From Ascoidea asiatica JCM 7603 (lineage: Eukaryota; Fungi; Ascomycota), in NCBI GenBank assembly GCA_001600695.1, contig BCKQ01000003.1, positions 147,952-211,951 on the forward strand: 64,000 nt of DNA, in the 5' to 3' direction. Below, piece after piece: positions 54,759-64,000 of the stretch. Position 1 is the first letter of the stretch; each line of letters begins with the position of its first letter. Below the pieces are notes generated by a model. The model was not told where the DNA came from. It saw only the letters and a list, made by a program, of their open reading frames with translations, and did no database searches. Both the position numbers and the translations under genes were made by a program.

Positions 54759-57700
54759 ATGAAGAGAAAACATTCACTTCGATCTCCATTTCCAATACCT
54801 CATTCAAATAAATTGTATTCTAATTCAATTAATTCTAATAATTTTAATAATTTGACTGTTTCTTTTTCCAGAAAGAAAAAAATGACAAGGAAAAATATAC
54901 TTGAAATTATAACTATAGATTCAGATTCGGATTCAGATTCAGATTCAAATTCAAGTTCAAGTTCCAGTTCAAGTTCAGGCTCAAATTCTGATTCTGATTC
55001 TAATTCAAACTTAAACTCGGATACAGAAAATGATACTGAAACTGATACTGATACTCAAACTGACATTCAAGCTGATGCTCAAATTGATAAGAGTATTAAA
55101 CTAAAAAAATCAAATAAAAAAATATCTAAAAATTTGAAAAATTCAAAAAACATCAAAACTACTAAAAGTAATAATGAAACATCAAACAAAAAAGATTCCC
55201 ATAAAAGATATTCTGAAACTGAACAAAAAATTGATTTCAACTCTCAAAGGAGATTGAGAAGTTCTTCTCAAAAAAAAAGATCAATATCTGTAAGAAATTT
55301 ATCTTCTTCTCCTTTAAAGTCTAATAATAATAATACAAAAAAGAGAAAAAAATCTAATCAAGACGTTAATGAAAATACTAAACAAAATATCAATACTCCT
55401 TCTGTTCAAGTAATTTCAAGTTTTTCAAGTGATGATAATACTGAAAAAATTAATAATGATTATAATAATAATATTACTGAAAATATATCTAGTGATTCAC
55501 ATAATTCAAATACTTCAAATATAATTCAAAATATAATAAATGATCTGATTAATATACCATCCTTAAGTTTAAAAACAAAAATAACTAATGATAAAGAAAA
55601 GCTACCTCAAAGTGAAAAATTTGATGTTGAAAGACTTAAATTACCAAAACTATCAAAATTAACAAAATCAACAAAATTAACAAAATCAAACAATTTACCA
55701 AAATTAAATAATATTTCAAACTTAAATAATATAAATAACACAATTCAAAAAAAAAATCTTAGAAATTCATTAGAATTAAATTCTTCTCCAATTAAAAATA
55801 ATAAATATAATCATCATACTTCCAACAATATTTTAAACAATAACAATAACGATATAATTTCAAAAAGAAAAGTTTTATCATCTCCTATAAAAAAAATATC
55901 TAATTTTGATATAATCAATAAAGAAAATAGTCTCCAAAACTCAATTTCAAATAATCAAAATTATAACAACTCTATAATTCATATTGATAATTTCCTACAA
56001 AGAGAAAATATGAATAATAATCAAGTTGTAATAAAAAGAATCAGAAAAAAACAAGTTTTATTTTCGGATAATATAGAATCTTTATCTTCTTCTTTTTCTC
56101 AACAAAATTCGAATTCAACTAATGAATTGAAAATCATTTCTGCTTCTTCAATTGAATCTAATGATAGTAATTCAAACAGGAAATCCAATACAATTAAAAA
56201 TTTAAATAGTTTAATTTCTCCACTAAAATCTATTTTAAAGAAAAATAAATCAATAACAATTGAACCTCCTATTATTCAAGCAAATGATCAATTAGGTAAA
56301 TTTACTTTCAAAGTATTAGAATTTGCTTCAAAACCCCAATTAAATCTTGAAATACATTCCACTAATAATAATAACAATAATCTAAGTATTCTAGGGGTTG
56401 ATAATAGAGATTTAGATATATTTGAATCATCTCCTTTGAAAAATCCAGATTTTGATCCTAATTTAGAGTCATTCTGGAAAAAAGGTGAAATAATTCAATT
56501 AAAAGATTATTCAAATAAATTAGAATTTAAGAAATTATTCATGGGTGCTTTATCCATGTTAAAAAATGAAAAAACTGATAAAAAATTTGAAATATATGCT
56601 TCTCTCAACAATTTATTAAAAAAATGTAATTATAACTTAGTATTCAAAAGGTTGAAACACTATATTACTGATATATTAATTTTTATACGAAGAGACCTAA
56701 TAATGATTGAAGAAGAAATTTTTGAGGAATCCACTGAATTTTCTCAAGATATTGAATCTGAATCTGTTCCTGTTACAAAAAATATTAATGACCCATTCTT
56801 GAAAAGAATATATATTCAAATACTAAAACTATTCTCTTTTTTTTGCTCAAAATCAGATATAATAATACTGGCTAAAAATAATATTGTTGAATTTATTTTT
56901 ACTCACATTACAGAGGTTCTAACTTTTAATCAGTATAAACTTTTTATTTCCAAGCAGGTTATAGCAATTCACTTATTGTTATTAAGGGAAATGAAAGTTT
57001 CAAATCAAAAAAATTTATGGTTGACTGCAAATCATTTAAATAAACCAATTAGCACTAAAAGGACAAATAATAAAATTTCTAATAATGGCAATATTATTTC
57101 TTTTGAATTATCTGAAAAACTATTGAAAGCTTTATTAGACCTTCCAGTTATTGAATATCCATCTTTACTATGTGAGAAAATCAACTGTCTAAGAAACTTT
57201 CTAAGAAATTTTCCTGTTATGATGTTGAAAAATTTTAAATTTTATTTCAAATTTTTGATTTGTAATGTATTCAAGTTAAATGCCAATTTCTATAAGAGAA
57301 ATTTAATAGCATTAGGCTCATGTTTACAAGAACTTTCTCAAAATTGCGACAAATCCACTATATTTGAGGTAATAAAATTTTTTATTGAGCCAACTGAAGA
57401 TGACATTTTTCAAATTTTAAAATCAACTCAAATGTCTTTTCAATCGGTAGGTACACCTGAATCATATTTTGGACCTGACACATTCGCTTTTGCAAATACT
57501 CCAAATCATCCTATATTCTTGAAACTTATCGTAGAACAGCTAATATTATTGATAAAGGAAGGTTTTTCAAAAATTGCAATGGATATATGGAGTCCTCTCA
57601 CTCGTCTTATCAATATAAATGTAATGGATCAGATTCAGACAAAGACTCTTGGCTTGAAAACTTTTGAAACTTGGGAAAATTTAAGTCTATGGCTATCTGT

Positions 57701-60700
57701 GAATGAAGCTTGCACTAAAACTGGCTCTAAAGAAAATACAGTTTTTGCCATTCAAGGGTGGGAAAACATCGCTTTTATTTGTTCCAACTCTATAGTTAGT
57801 CAATATCAAAGCCTTCTAAATGATAGCTTGGGTTCTTCTAAAAAAGAAATTGGAAAAATAGTTAGTAAGAGAACTGATCATATACAAGAAAATGATGCAG
57901 ACACAAATAAGCATTTTTATTCAGAGCCAACTTTTCAGTTAATGGATAAATTCTTAACAATTTTTCAATCAGATAAAAATGATAAAGATATTCAAGAAAA
58001 GATGGCCGGTATTTTCTATGTTTATGCGAATAAAACTATCAACCCTCTTATATTGAACCCTAAGCTTACCTCCCGTTTTTTACTTCCAATTTTCGAAAAG
58101 GTTGTAGATCCTTGGTTAGACAATTTTTTTTTGAAAAATGAATCAAAATCTTTGGGCTGTCAAACAATAGGCTTAAGTTATTTTAATAAGATGCTTCTCC
58201 AGTCTCCTTTTTCACAAAATAATATTCATATGAATACAGGTTTTCATGATTTTCAGCCAGGTTTTGAAATAAATGCTCCTGGATTTCGATCTTTTTGCTG
58301 CTTTCCTCCCAAATGGCTTCATCAAAATCACAAAAAGATTTTTTCCATATTATCTCTATTGTTGAATTGTAATCAGATTTCCAGTTCCCTAATCATGATT
58401 TCACTTACAAATTATATTACTGCTATCAGACCTGTTTGCAGATCTGAGAGACCAATCTCAGAAAATTCAAGCAAAATCATAGAATCTATTTTTGAATTTA
58501 TTAAACAACTTTTTGAACGACCAAGAGATAAACTGTCTCTAATTACTCCTGAAGTGTTTCAACGATTTTTTTTGCTTATATTAAATAGCTTCTCACTGAA
58601 CGCATTAATTACAAGTAAAAGAGATCATATCAATTACATGCTTTCTTTTTTTGTGAAAAACTTTTCATCCCAAAATATTTTGAATTTGCTAAAATCATGC
58701 ATATCTATTCTCCCAATAAATAAGCAATTAAGCTTATTCTCTAAGATCATGATTTTCAAAATGCCTACAATCAATAATTTCATAATCAATAATCTCGAAG
58801 GAAAAACTTTTTCTGGTAAATTAGGTATGGTTGATTTTGAGTCTATTGGTATTATATTTTCAATTCAGCAAACAAACAATTCTTTGAAAAATGTAATGGA
58901 TTACGCTTTAAGGAATTACAACCAAACGGAAACAGGGCGTATTGTTCATTCCATGAATAGTATAGCATGGAAAAAAGAGGGGTTTGTCTATTTTCTTAAT
59001 TATTTGGATAAAATTCAATTTTTAAAATCATTCATTGGGGAGCTAATTATCAAAAAGTTTAAGGATTTCGAATTGGATCACAGTCTTTATGTTTTAAACA
59101 GCTTTAAAACCAATTTCACATTGGTTTACGATATCAAAGAATGTATCATTGACCACCTATCTGATAAAAGCCACTACATAGGATTAACAAATGATTCAAA
59201 AAAATTACAGGATTTTTATCTGGATTTACTCTCTGAACTTTTGAAAAATAATCAAACAGTTCCTTTGGATTTTTTTTTAATGAAAGGCCTTGAAAGTGAT
59301 CGTCTACGAAATAGAGCCCAGAATTTCATTGAGCAAAATGCTGATGTCATAGATCTTTTACCTGAAACTAAAAAAAAGCTGACTGATGAAGTTGTTATGG
59401 AAACTCCACAGATAAATTTTAATAACTGTTCTTCTTCAAGTGAAAAGAAAAATTCTGAAGATTTGCCTACATCTTCCATTTTCTCTAAAAATGCGAAGGA
59501 TATTTCTTTTAAAGAATTTTCTCAGGCAGCAAAAAACAATTTACAAATAAGTAATCTGATCAATGCTGCAGATATTGTTGATGATACCCAAAAAATTGAA
59601 TCCTGTTCTTCTTCTGCGGTAAAGGTAATAGAAGATATAGAAGAAAGTCAATCTTCGAAAGATGAAATTTCTGTGAAAGGTTCGGTACCAACTCAAGAGA
59701 TTTCAACTCTTTCTCTGTCTCCGGATATATCTTTGGCTTGTATGAATGATAATGTATTGAATGAAAATATTCAAAATTTAAAGGCAAGAGAAAATCATCA
59801 AGGTGATTCTATGCATGTTACAAGTGAAAAATTGGCTGAACAGGATGCAGCTTCTCTAGGTGCAGAAATCCTGGAAGTTAGAGAAATTCCTTCTTTGATA
59901 TCATCAACACAAATAAGTAGCTTGTCTACTTTGCCAAATAAAAAAATTTCTAAAACTGTTTCATTTTCACCTATTGATTCCAAGGAATATGATAAAGACC
60001 GATTGAAAAGAAAATATGTTATTTTTGATGATAAAAATAATGATAAAATCAAAGATGATGTTAATGATAGGACAAGAAACAACAATGATGATGAAAAATT
60101 GTTTTTGACTACAGAAAATATCCATGTTGTCGTGTATTCATCTGACACACGAGAACAGGCTGTCAATTCTAAACCATGTGTACCTGATTTGAGAAAATCA
60201 GTTCAAGAAACACTCAAATGCAATGATAAATCCCAACTGATTATCCAAATTGAAAAGCAAATTAGCTCGAGTGATTCAAATGAACACTCGGTTGTCAGAA
60301 CAAAAGAAAACCCCTTAGTATCAGATACCTTACAGAAGAGTAAAAATTTGGAAGGTAAATTTCATTCTAGCATTCTATTGGATAATAATCTTTCTAATAT
60401 TCCACTTTCAAATCAGCCAAATGATTATAACAAAAACAGTCTTAATATCAACTCGAATATCATTTCAGAGAATGTCAAAAACATAATCTCTGAATTTCCA
60501 GAGTTAGAAAATAAACAAGTCACTAAAGGGTCTGGTTGCGCGACTAATAATATGAAAGTCCTGGATACAAACCCAAACTCTTCTATTTCTTCAAATTCAA
60601 ACTGTGTGGGTAATAAGGAGGAACCCAGATTATCTCAGAGGTCATTAGAAAATTTTTCTAACCAAAAATTTCAGGATGGCTTTGGATCTGGTCATACGTC

Positions 60701-61613
60701 AACTTTCAGTTTGCCATCATCTTCTGTTGAAACGAATAAAAAATTAGAGAAAGATTTGTCGGGAATTGCAAATGATCTGCTTGATATAATTACAGATAAT
60801 TTAAAGCATACTCCTGTAAATGGTGTCACCAAAAAAAGTCCAGAGAAACTTTCCAAAAAACTTCCAAAAGAAATTTTAAAAGAGCTTTCGGAAGACTCTC
60901 TTAATATTCTTTCTAGCAAAGAACCAATTTTACCAATCAAATTAGTCTCCTCAAGATCGAGGAAGTTATTGTCAACGGAAAATAATATAAAGCGGGATTT
61001 CAAAGGGACTGTTACCAAAAGTTCAGAAGAATCTTTCTCATTCGTTTCGGATGAATCCTTTATTTTGAATAAAAGTTCTAAAATATCAAATGATAAGCAT
61101 ATCAAAAATTCAGTAATCGATCCCGAAGAAACTGAAGTGGATCTAAACTTAGATAAGTTTAACAAAAGAAACGAACCTCTTGAGGGAAAAAAGATTAGCA
61201 GTTCCTCGTCAACATATAATGGAGATTTCATTTTTTCAGACGAATTTAGACAAATAGAAAACTCTAAAAGTATAGACTCATCTGAAATTCCTCTACTATT
61301 TAATAACACTGAGCGTTTAAATATTGTGAGTCCAGGTAAAAGGAAAATAGTGTTAGAAGATGATACAGAAAAAAATAAAAAAAGAAAAACAATGACTAGT
61401 AAAAATGTTATTGAAACTATTGCTGAAAATCTTACTATAAGCAAGAAGCCTACTAAGCATAAAAAAATATCGTTTTTTACTAAAGCAACGACTTTTATAA
61501 AAAATATCACAGAAGAAAATATATCATCAATGAACGAAAAAGAAAGATACGATTTAGAAACTGAAATTCTTCATTTGATGATTAAAGTTAGAAATCAAGG
61601 AAAAGAAAAATAA
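54759..61613 (+). CDS. RIF1: Rap1-interacting factor 1 (telomere and replication-timing PP1 targeting subunit)
   Basis: N-terminal RVxF/SILK pair (KQVLFSDNIES 56049-, KSILK 56226-56240); FWKKGEI and KFEIYASLN at the start of the HEAT region; C-terminal helix ERYDLETEILHLMIKV. Confidence 0.88.
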   Translation: MKRKHSLRSPFPIPHSNKLYSNSINSNNFNNLTVSFSRKKKMTRKNILEIITIDSDSDSDSDSNSSSSSSSSSGSNSDSDSNSNLNSDTENDTETDTDTQTDIQADAQIDKSIKLKKSNKKISKNLKNSKNIKTTKSNNETSNKKDSHKRYSETEQKIDFNSQRRLRSSSQKKRSISVRNLSSSPLKSNNNNTKKRKKSNQDVNENTKQNINTPSVQVISSFSSDDNTEKINNDYNNNITENISSDSHNSNTSNIIQNIINDLINIPSLSLKTKITNDKEKLPQSEKFDVERLKLPKLSKLTKSTKLTKSNNLPKLNNISNLNNINNTIQKKNLRNSLELNSSPIKNNKYNHHTSNNILNNNNNDIISKRKVLSSPIKKISNFDIINKENSLQNSISNNQNYNNSIIHIDNFLQRENMNNNQVVIKRIRKKQVLFSDNIESLSSSFSQQNSNSTNELKIISASSIESNDSNSNRKSNTIKNLNSLISPLKSILKKNKSITIEPPIIQANDQLGKFTFKVLEFASKPQLNLEIHSTNNNNNNLSILGVDNRDLDIFESSPLKNPDFDPNLESFWKKGEIIQLKDYSNKLEFKKLFMGALSMLKNEKTDKKFEIYASLNNLLKKCNYNLVFKRLKHYITDILIFIRRDLIMIEEEIFEESTEFSQDIESESVPVTKNINDPFLKRIYIQILKLFSFFCSKSDIIILAKNNIVEFIFTHITEVLTFNQYKLFISKQVIAIHLLLLREMKVSNQKNLWLTANHLNKPISTKRTNNKISNNGNIISFELSEKLLKALLDLPVIEYPSLLCEKINCLRNFLRNFPVMMLKNFKFYFKFLICNVFKLNANFYKRNLIALGSCLQELSQNCDKSTIFEVIKFFIEPTEDDIFQILKSTQMSFQSVGTPESYFGPDTFAFANTPNHPIFLKLIVEQLILLIKEGFSKIAMDIWSPLTRLININVMDQIQTKTLGLKTFETWENLSLWLSVNEACTKTGSKENTVFAIQGWENIAFICSNSIVSQYQSLLNDSLGSSKKEIGKIVSKRTDHIQENDADTNKHFYSEPTFQLMDKFLTIFQSDKNDKDIQEKMAGIFYVYANKTINPLILNPKLTSRFLLPIFEKVVDPWLDNFFLKNESKSLGCQTIGLSYFNKMLLQSPFSQNNIHMNTGFHDFQPGFEINAPGFRSFCCFPPKWLHQNHKKIFSILSLLLNCNQISSSLIMISLTNYITAIRPVCRSERPISENSSKIIESIFEFIKQLFERPRDKLSLITPEVFQRFFLLILNSFSLNALITSKRDHINYMLSFFVKNFSSQNILNLLKSCISILPINKQLSLFSKIMIFKMPTINNFIINNLEGKTFSGKLGMVDFESIGIIFSIQQTNNSLKNVMDYALRNYNQTETGRIVHSMNSIAWKKEGFVYFLNYLDKIQFLKSFIGELIIKKFKDFELDHSLYVLNSFKTNFTLVYDIKECIIDHLSDKSHYIGLTNDSKKLQDFYLDLLSELLKNNQTVPLDFFLMKGLESDRLRNRAQNFIEQNADVIDLLPETKKKLTDEVVMETPQINFNNCSSSSEKKNSEDLPTSSIFSKNAKDISFKEFSQAAKNNLQISNLINAADIVDDTQKIESCSSSAVKVIEDIEESQSSKDEISVKGSVPTQEISTLSLSPDISLACMNDNVLNENIQNLKARENHQGDSMHVTSEKLAEQDAASLGAEILEVREIPSLISSTQISSLSTLPNKKISKTVSFSPIDSKEYDKDRLKRKYVIFDDKNNDKIKDDVNDRTRNNNDDEKLFLTTENIHVVVYSSDTREQAVNSKPCVPDLRKSVQETLKCNDKSQLIIQIEKQISSSDSNEHSVVRTKENPLVSDTLQKSKNLEGKFHSSILLDNNLSNIPLSNQPNDYNKNSLNINSNIISENVKNIISEFPELENKQVTKGSGCATNNMKVLDTNPNSSISSNSNCVGNKEEPRLSQRSLENFSNQKFQDGFGSGHTSTFSLPSSSVETNKKLEKDLSGIANDLLDIITDNLKHTPVNGVTKKSPEKLSKKLPKEILKELSEDSLNILSSKEPILPIKLVSSRSRKLLSTENNIKRDFKGTVTKSSEESFSFVSDESFILNKSSKISNDKHIKNSVIDPEETEVDLNLDKFNKRNEPLEGKKISSSSSTYNGDFIFSDEFRQIENSKSIDSSEIPLLFNNTERLNIVSPGKRKIVLEDDTEKNKKRKTMTSKNVIETIAENLTISKKPTKHKKISFFTKATTFIKNITEENISSMNEKERYDLETEILHLMIKVRNQGKEK

Positions 61614-61719
61614 CCAATTTTTTTAATATCTTCATGGACATTATATAAAAATTTTGTACTTTTAAATAACCACTTTGTAATATATATTAATTTAGAATTT
61701 TTTTTATTAGAATATATCA

Positions 61720-62409
61720 TTAAGATTCGAAATTTGTTAACGATGCTATAAATTCTATTCCAATTTTAACACTGTCTACGAATTTTGCATTGACTCTTTT
61801 TTCTAGTTTGTCTTCTAGCCCTGAAAGCCCAGCACAACCTAAAAGAACAATAGAAGCTCCTTTATCAACACATAATTGAGCCTTTTTGAGGATTATTTCG
61901 AAATTTTTTTTATCATTTAACCCCAATACATTTACATTTGTAGGTACTGTACCGACAAATAAAGGAATTTCAACGCCCCCAAAGAATTTTTTCGTTTCAT
62001 TATTTAAAATTTTTTCCCATTCATTATTTGATGTCAATATAGCAAATTTGGTTGGAGATCTTGACAAAGCATATAAAATTGAAGCATGAAAAATCGAAAG
62101 AACAAATTTATTTGTTAATCTTAATTCAATTATTTTTTCTCTTAATTTATAAACTAGCGGATGATCTGAATAACAGCAAATTAGAAATCCATCATATTTT
62201 TTAAGAACAGGAATCAATTCTGGAAGACAGGCCTTCAATGATTGCTCTGAATCCTCATCTCCTGCGATTTCTTCTGGAGAATCTGAAGGACCTGTAAAAA
62301 ATTCTAGTTTATAACCAAGAGGAGAGCTCACGATATTCTCAAGATTTTTTGTAACTGATTTAGAAGAATTTGGATTGACGATCAAAAGTTTTCTTTCAAA
62401 CAGAGGCAT
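61720..62409 (-). CDS. DCG1: Asp/Glu/hydantoin racemase family protein (allantoin racemase-like)
   Basis: LLIVNPNSSKSVT; catalytic Cys motifs ICCYSDHPL and LGCAGLSG; VDSVKIG. Confidence 0.88.
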   Translation of the reverse strand: MPLFERKLLIVNPNSSKSVTKNLENIVSSPLGYKLEFFTGPSDSPEEIAGDEDSEQSLKACLPELIPVLKKYDGFLICCYSDHPLVYKLREKIIELRLTNKFVLSIFHASILYALSRSPTKFAILTSNNEWEKILNNETKKFFGGVEIPLFVGTVPTNVNVLGLNDKKNFEIILKKAQLCVDKGASIVLLGCAGLSGLEDKLEKRVNAKFVDSVKIGIEFIASLTNFES

Positions 62410-62564
62410 GGTGAAGATGATTTCAATATACTTAATTTAAAGATCAATTTATAAATTCAGCAGAGTATGAAAAAGTATGAAATATTATAGAAGTTGAATG
62501 AAATAAGAAAAAATTGTAATGGAAATGAGATAGAAATGGAAAACTCGACTTTTAAGGGGGTATC

Positions 62565-62578
62565 TCGGATTGCTCCGA
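62565..62578. promoter_or_regulatory. Ppr1/UaY-type site TCGG-N6-CCGA
   Basis: CTCGG-ATTGCT-CCGAG inverted repeat about 156 bp upstream of the DCG1-like ATG. Confidence 0.65.
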
Positions 62579-63165
62579 GGCCCTTTATTTTTTATCTAAC
62601 TACAGTACAAGAAAAGAGGAAATTCTAGTTGCTAAGGTAAATCAAGAAAAAATCTAAGAAAACCCCAGCCTAACTTTAAAGGTAAAAATATATAACAACA
62701 CAATAGAGTGATGGCTTATGTATAACAGAGTGAGTGATATATAAATTTGAAAGAGTCTTGAATTTGAAACATACTAATTAATACTTCTAACATAAAGTTT
62801 CTGGAAGAGCAGGGAAATCATAAAAACGAAAAAAAAATAATGAGAATGTAAGCTGAAATAAATACAAAAGGAAGAATCTAAGTAGAAAGAATTATAAAAA
62901 ATACAATTGGAAAAAAAAAATCCAGAAATTAATTTAAAGAAATGACTTGAAAAAGAAACTAAATTTTTATCTTTCAATCCAATGAGAAGCATTAAAAATA
63001 CAAATTGAAATAAATTGAAGTTAATATGAAGAAGAAAAAAAATAAGAAAAAGATAAGAAAAAGTGAAAAATTAGTAAGAGATACTATAAACCCCATAAAT
63101 AAAATAAACCATCCTAATAAAAGCGTAAAAAAAAATAAACTAAAATTACATAAATACAAAATAAA

Positions 63166-63905
63166 TTACTCCATAGTTCCTTCATCATTGATACCCAATT
63201 GAAACCATGGATGATTTAATGCTTCCCAAGCATTTAATCTTTTATCAGGTTCAAAAGTAAGTAGTTTTTTTAATAAATCAATAAAATAATACCAAAACAT
63301 AAAAGTGCTTTTATCAACAGGAGTATGTTCTGGTTCTGATGAAGGTTTCATATAATCAACATTATATTCCTCATTAGATTTGGAATTTGTTTGTTCATAT
63401 CCAGCAAATTCAAATTTATAATTTTGATTTTTATTATTAATAGTCTCATCATAACTTTCATAAGCTGGTGATAATTTATCAATTTTTTTATTTTTTGGAG
63501 GTCTTCCTTTACATTTCGGATTTTTAACAGCAGAAGGTTTTTTTGTATTATGTTTTAGATTACGACATTTATTATTAAACTCCAGACAATAATTAAAATA
63601 AGATTTATCTAATGGTAAATCACTATTAACATTAATACCAATTTTTTCACTAATAAGTATATCTAATCTAGTTAGAGAATTGATAATATCTTTAGAACTT
63701 TTTGAATAATTTTTTGGGAATTTCTGTTTAATAAACTTTCTATCATTAATAATTTGAAATTTTTTCTTATTTGATTTTTTTTTACTTTTTGGAACAGTAA
63801 TTGAATTTTTTCTTGGTCTACCTCTACCTCTTTTTTTTGGAATAGGAGGTGAAATACTAACTGAAGATGTTCTTGATCTTTTCTTACCATCTTGAGGTAA
63901 AATGC

Positions 63906-64000
<95 letters not shown>
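63166..64000 (-). CDS. KNS1: LAMMER kinase Kns1, 3' part (5' end outside the window)
   Basis: The frame is open from 63999 to the stop at 63166. It ends RLDILISEKIG...FWYYFIDLLKKLLTFEPDKRLNAWEALNHPWFQLGINDEG (subdomain XI with a Kns1-type tail). Confidence 0.85.
63907..64000. repeat. (ATT)31+ microsatellite encoding poly-Asn in KNS1
   Basis: Perfect trinucleotide run to the window end. Confidence 0.97.

Noticed and set aside
60692-61510. 272-aa antisense ORF in RIF1, and similar shadow ORFs in ECM3, MNN2, VIR1 and the zinc-cluster gene
   Set aside because: Antisense or alternative-frame shadows of real CDSs with no independent motifs.
63672-63890. 72-aa minus-strand ORF as a separate gene or KNS1 frameshift
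   Set aside because: The KNS1 frame is open throughout; this ORF is an alternative-frame overlap.
1-64000. CRISPR arrays, transposons, rRNA and snRNA genes
   Set aside because: The window is eukaryotic, and I recognised no repeat-spacer arrays, transposase or RT motifs, or U1-U6/rRNA signatures.

Overview
Very AT-rich, intron-poor nuclear DNA from a budding yeast (Saccharomycotina). The Asn-rich proteins and a PL1 pectate lyase resemble Ascoidea-type yeasts, but the species cannot be fixed from sequence alone. The window holds about 17 intact genes: a PRK12744-type SDR, PDC1, ECM3-like, DIG1-like, MNN2-like, a divergent DIP5-like permease, RPT6, a pectate lyase, VIR1-like, ERG24, a Zn2Cys6 factor, an orphan, UPF0183/PHAF1, a Rab5-family GTPase, RIF1, DCG1-like and the 3' part of KNS1. 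It also holds two tRNAs (Thr-AGU and intron-containing Tyr-GUA) and three broken genes. Highlights missed by the ORF track: (1) a spliced non-coding host gene at about 23.1-23.85 kb on the minus strand, whose two introns each carry a C/D snoRNA (snR56-like and U18/snR18-like); (2) an Ecm32/Upf1-family helicase whose only lesions are two -1 frame breaks in AAT-TTN contexts, the first a canonical A_AAU_UUC slippery heptamer followed by a possible stem-loop (recoding, pseudogene or sequencing error); (3) promoter motifs that suggest gene function: a Ppr1/UaY TCGG-N6-CCGA site before the DCG1-like racemase, tandem Rim101/PacC sites before the pectate lyase, a GATAAG cluster before PHAF1, Ste12 PREs before DIG1 and an Upc2 SRE before ERG24. 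All homology calls are from recalled motifs; no database search was run.
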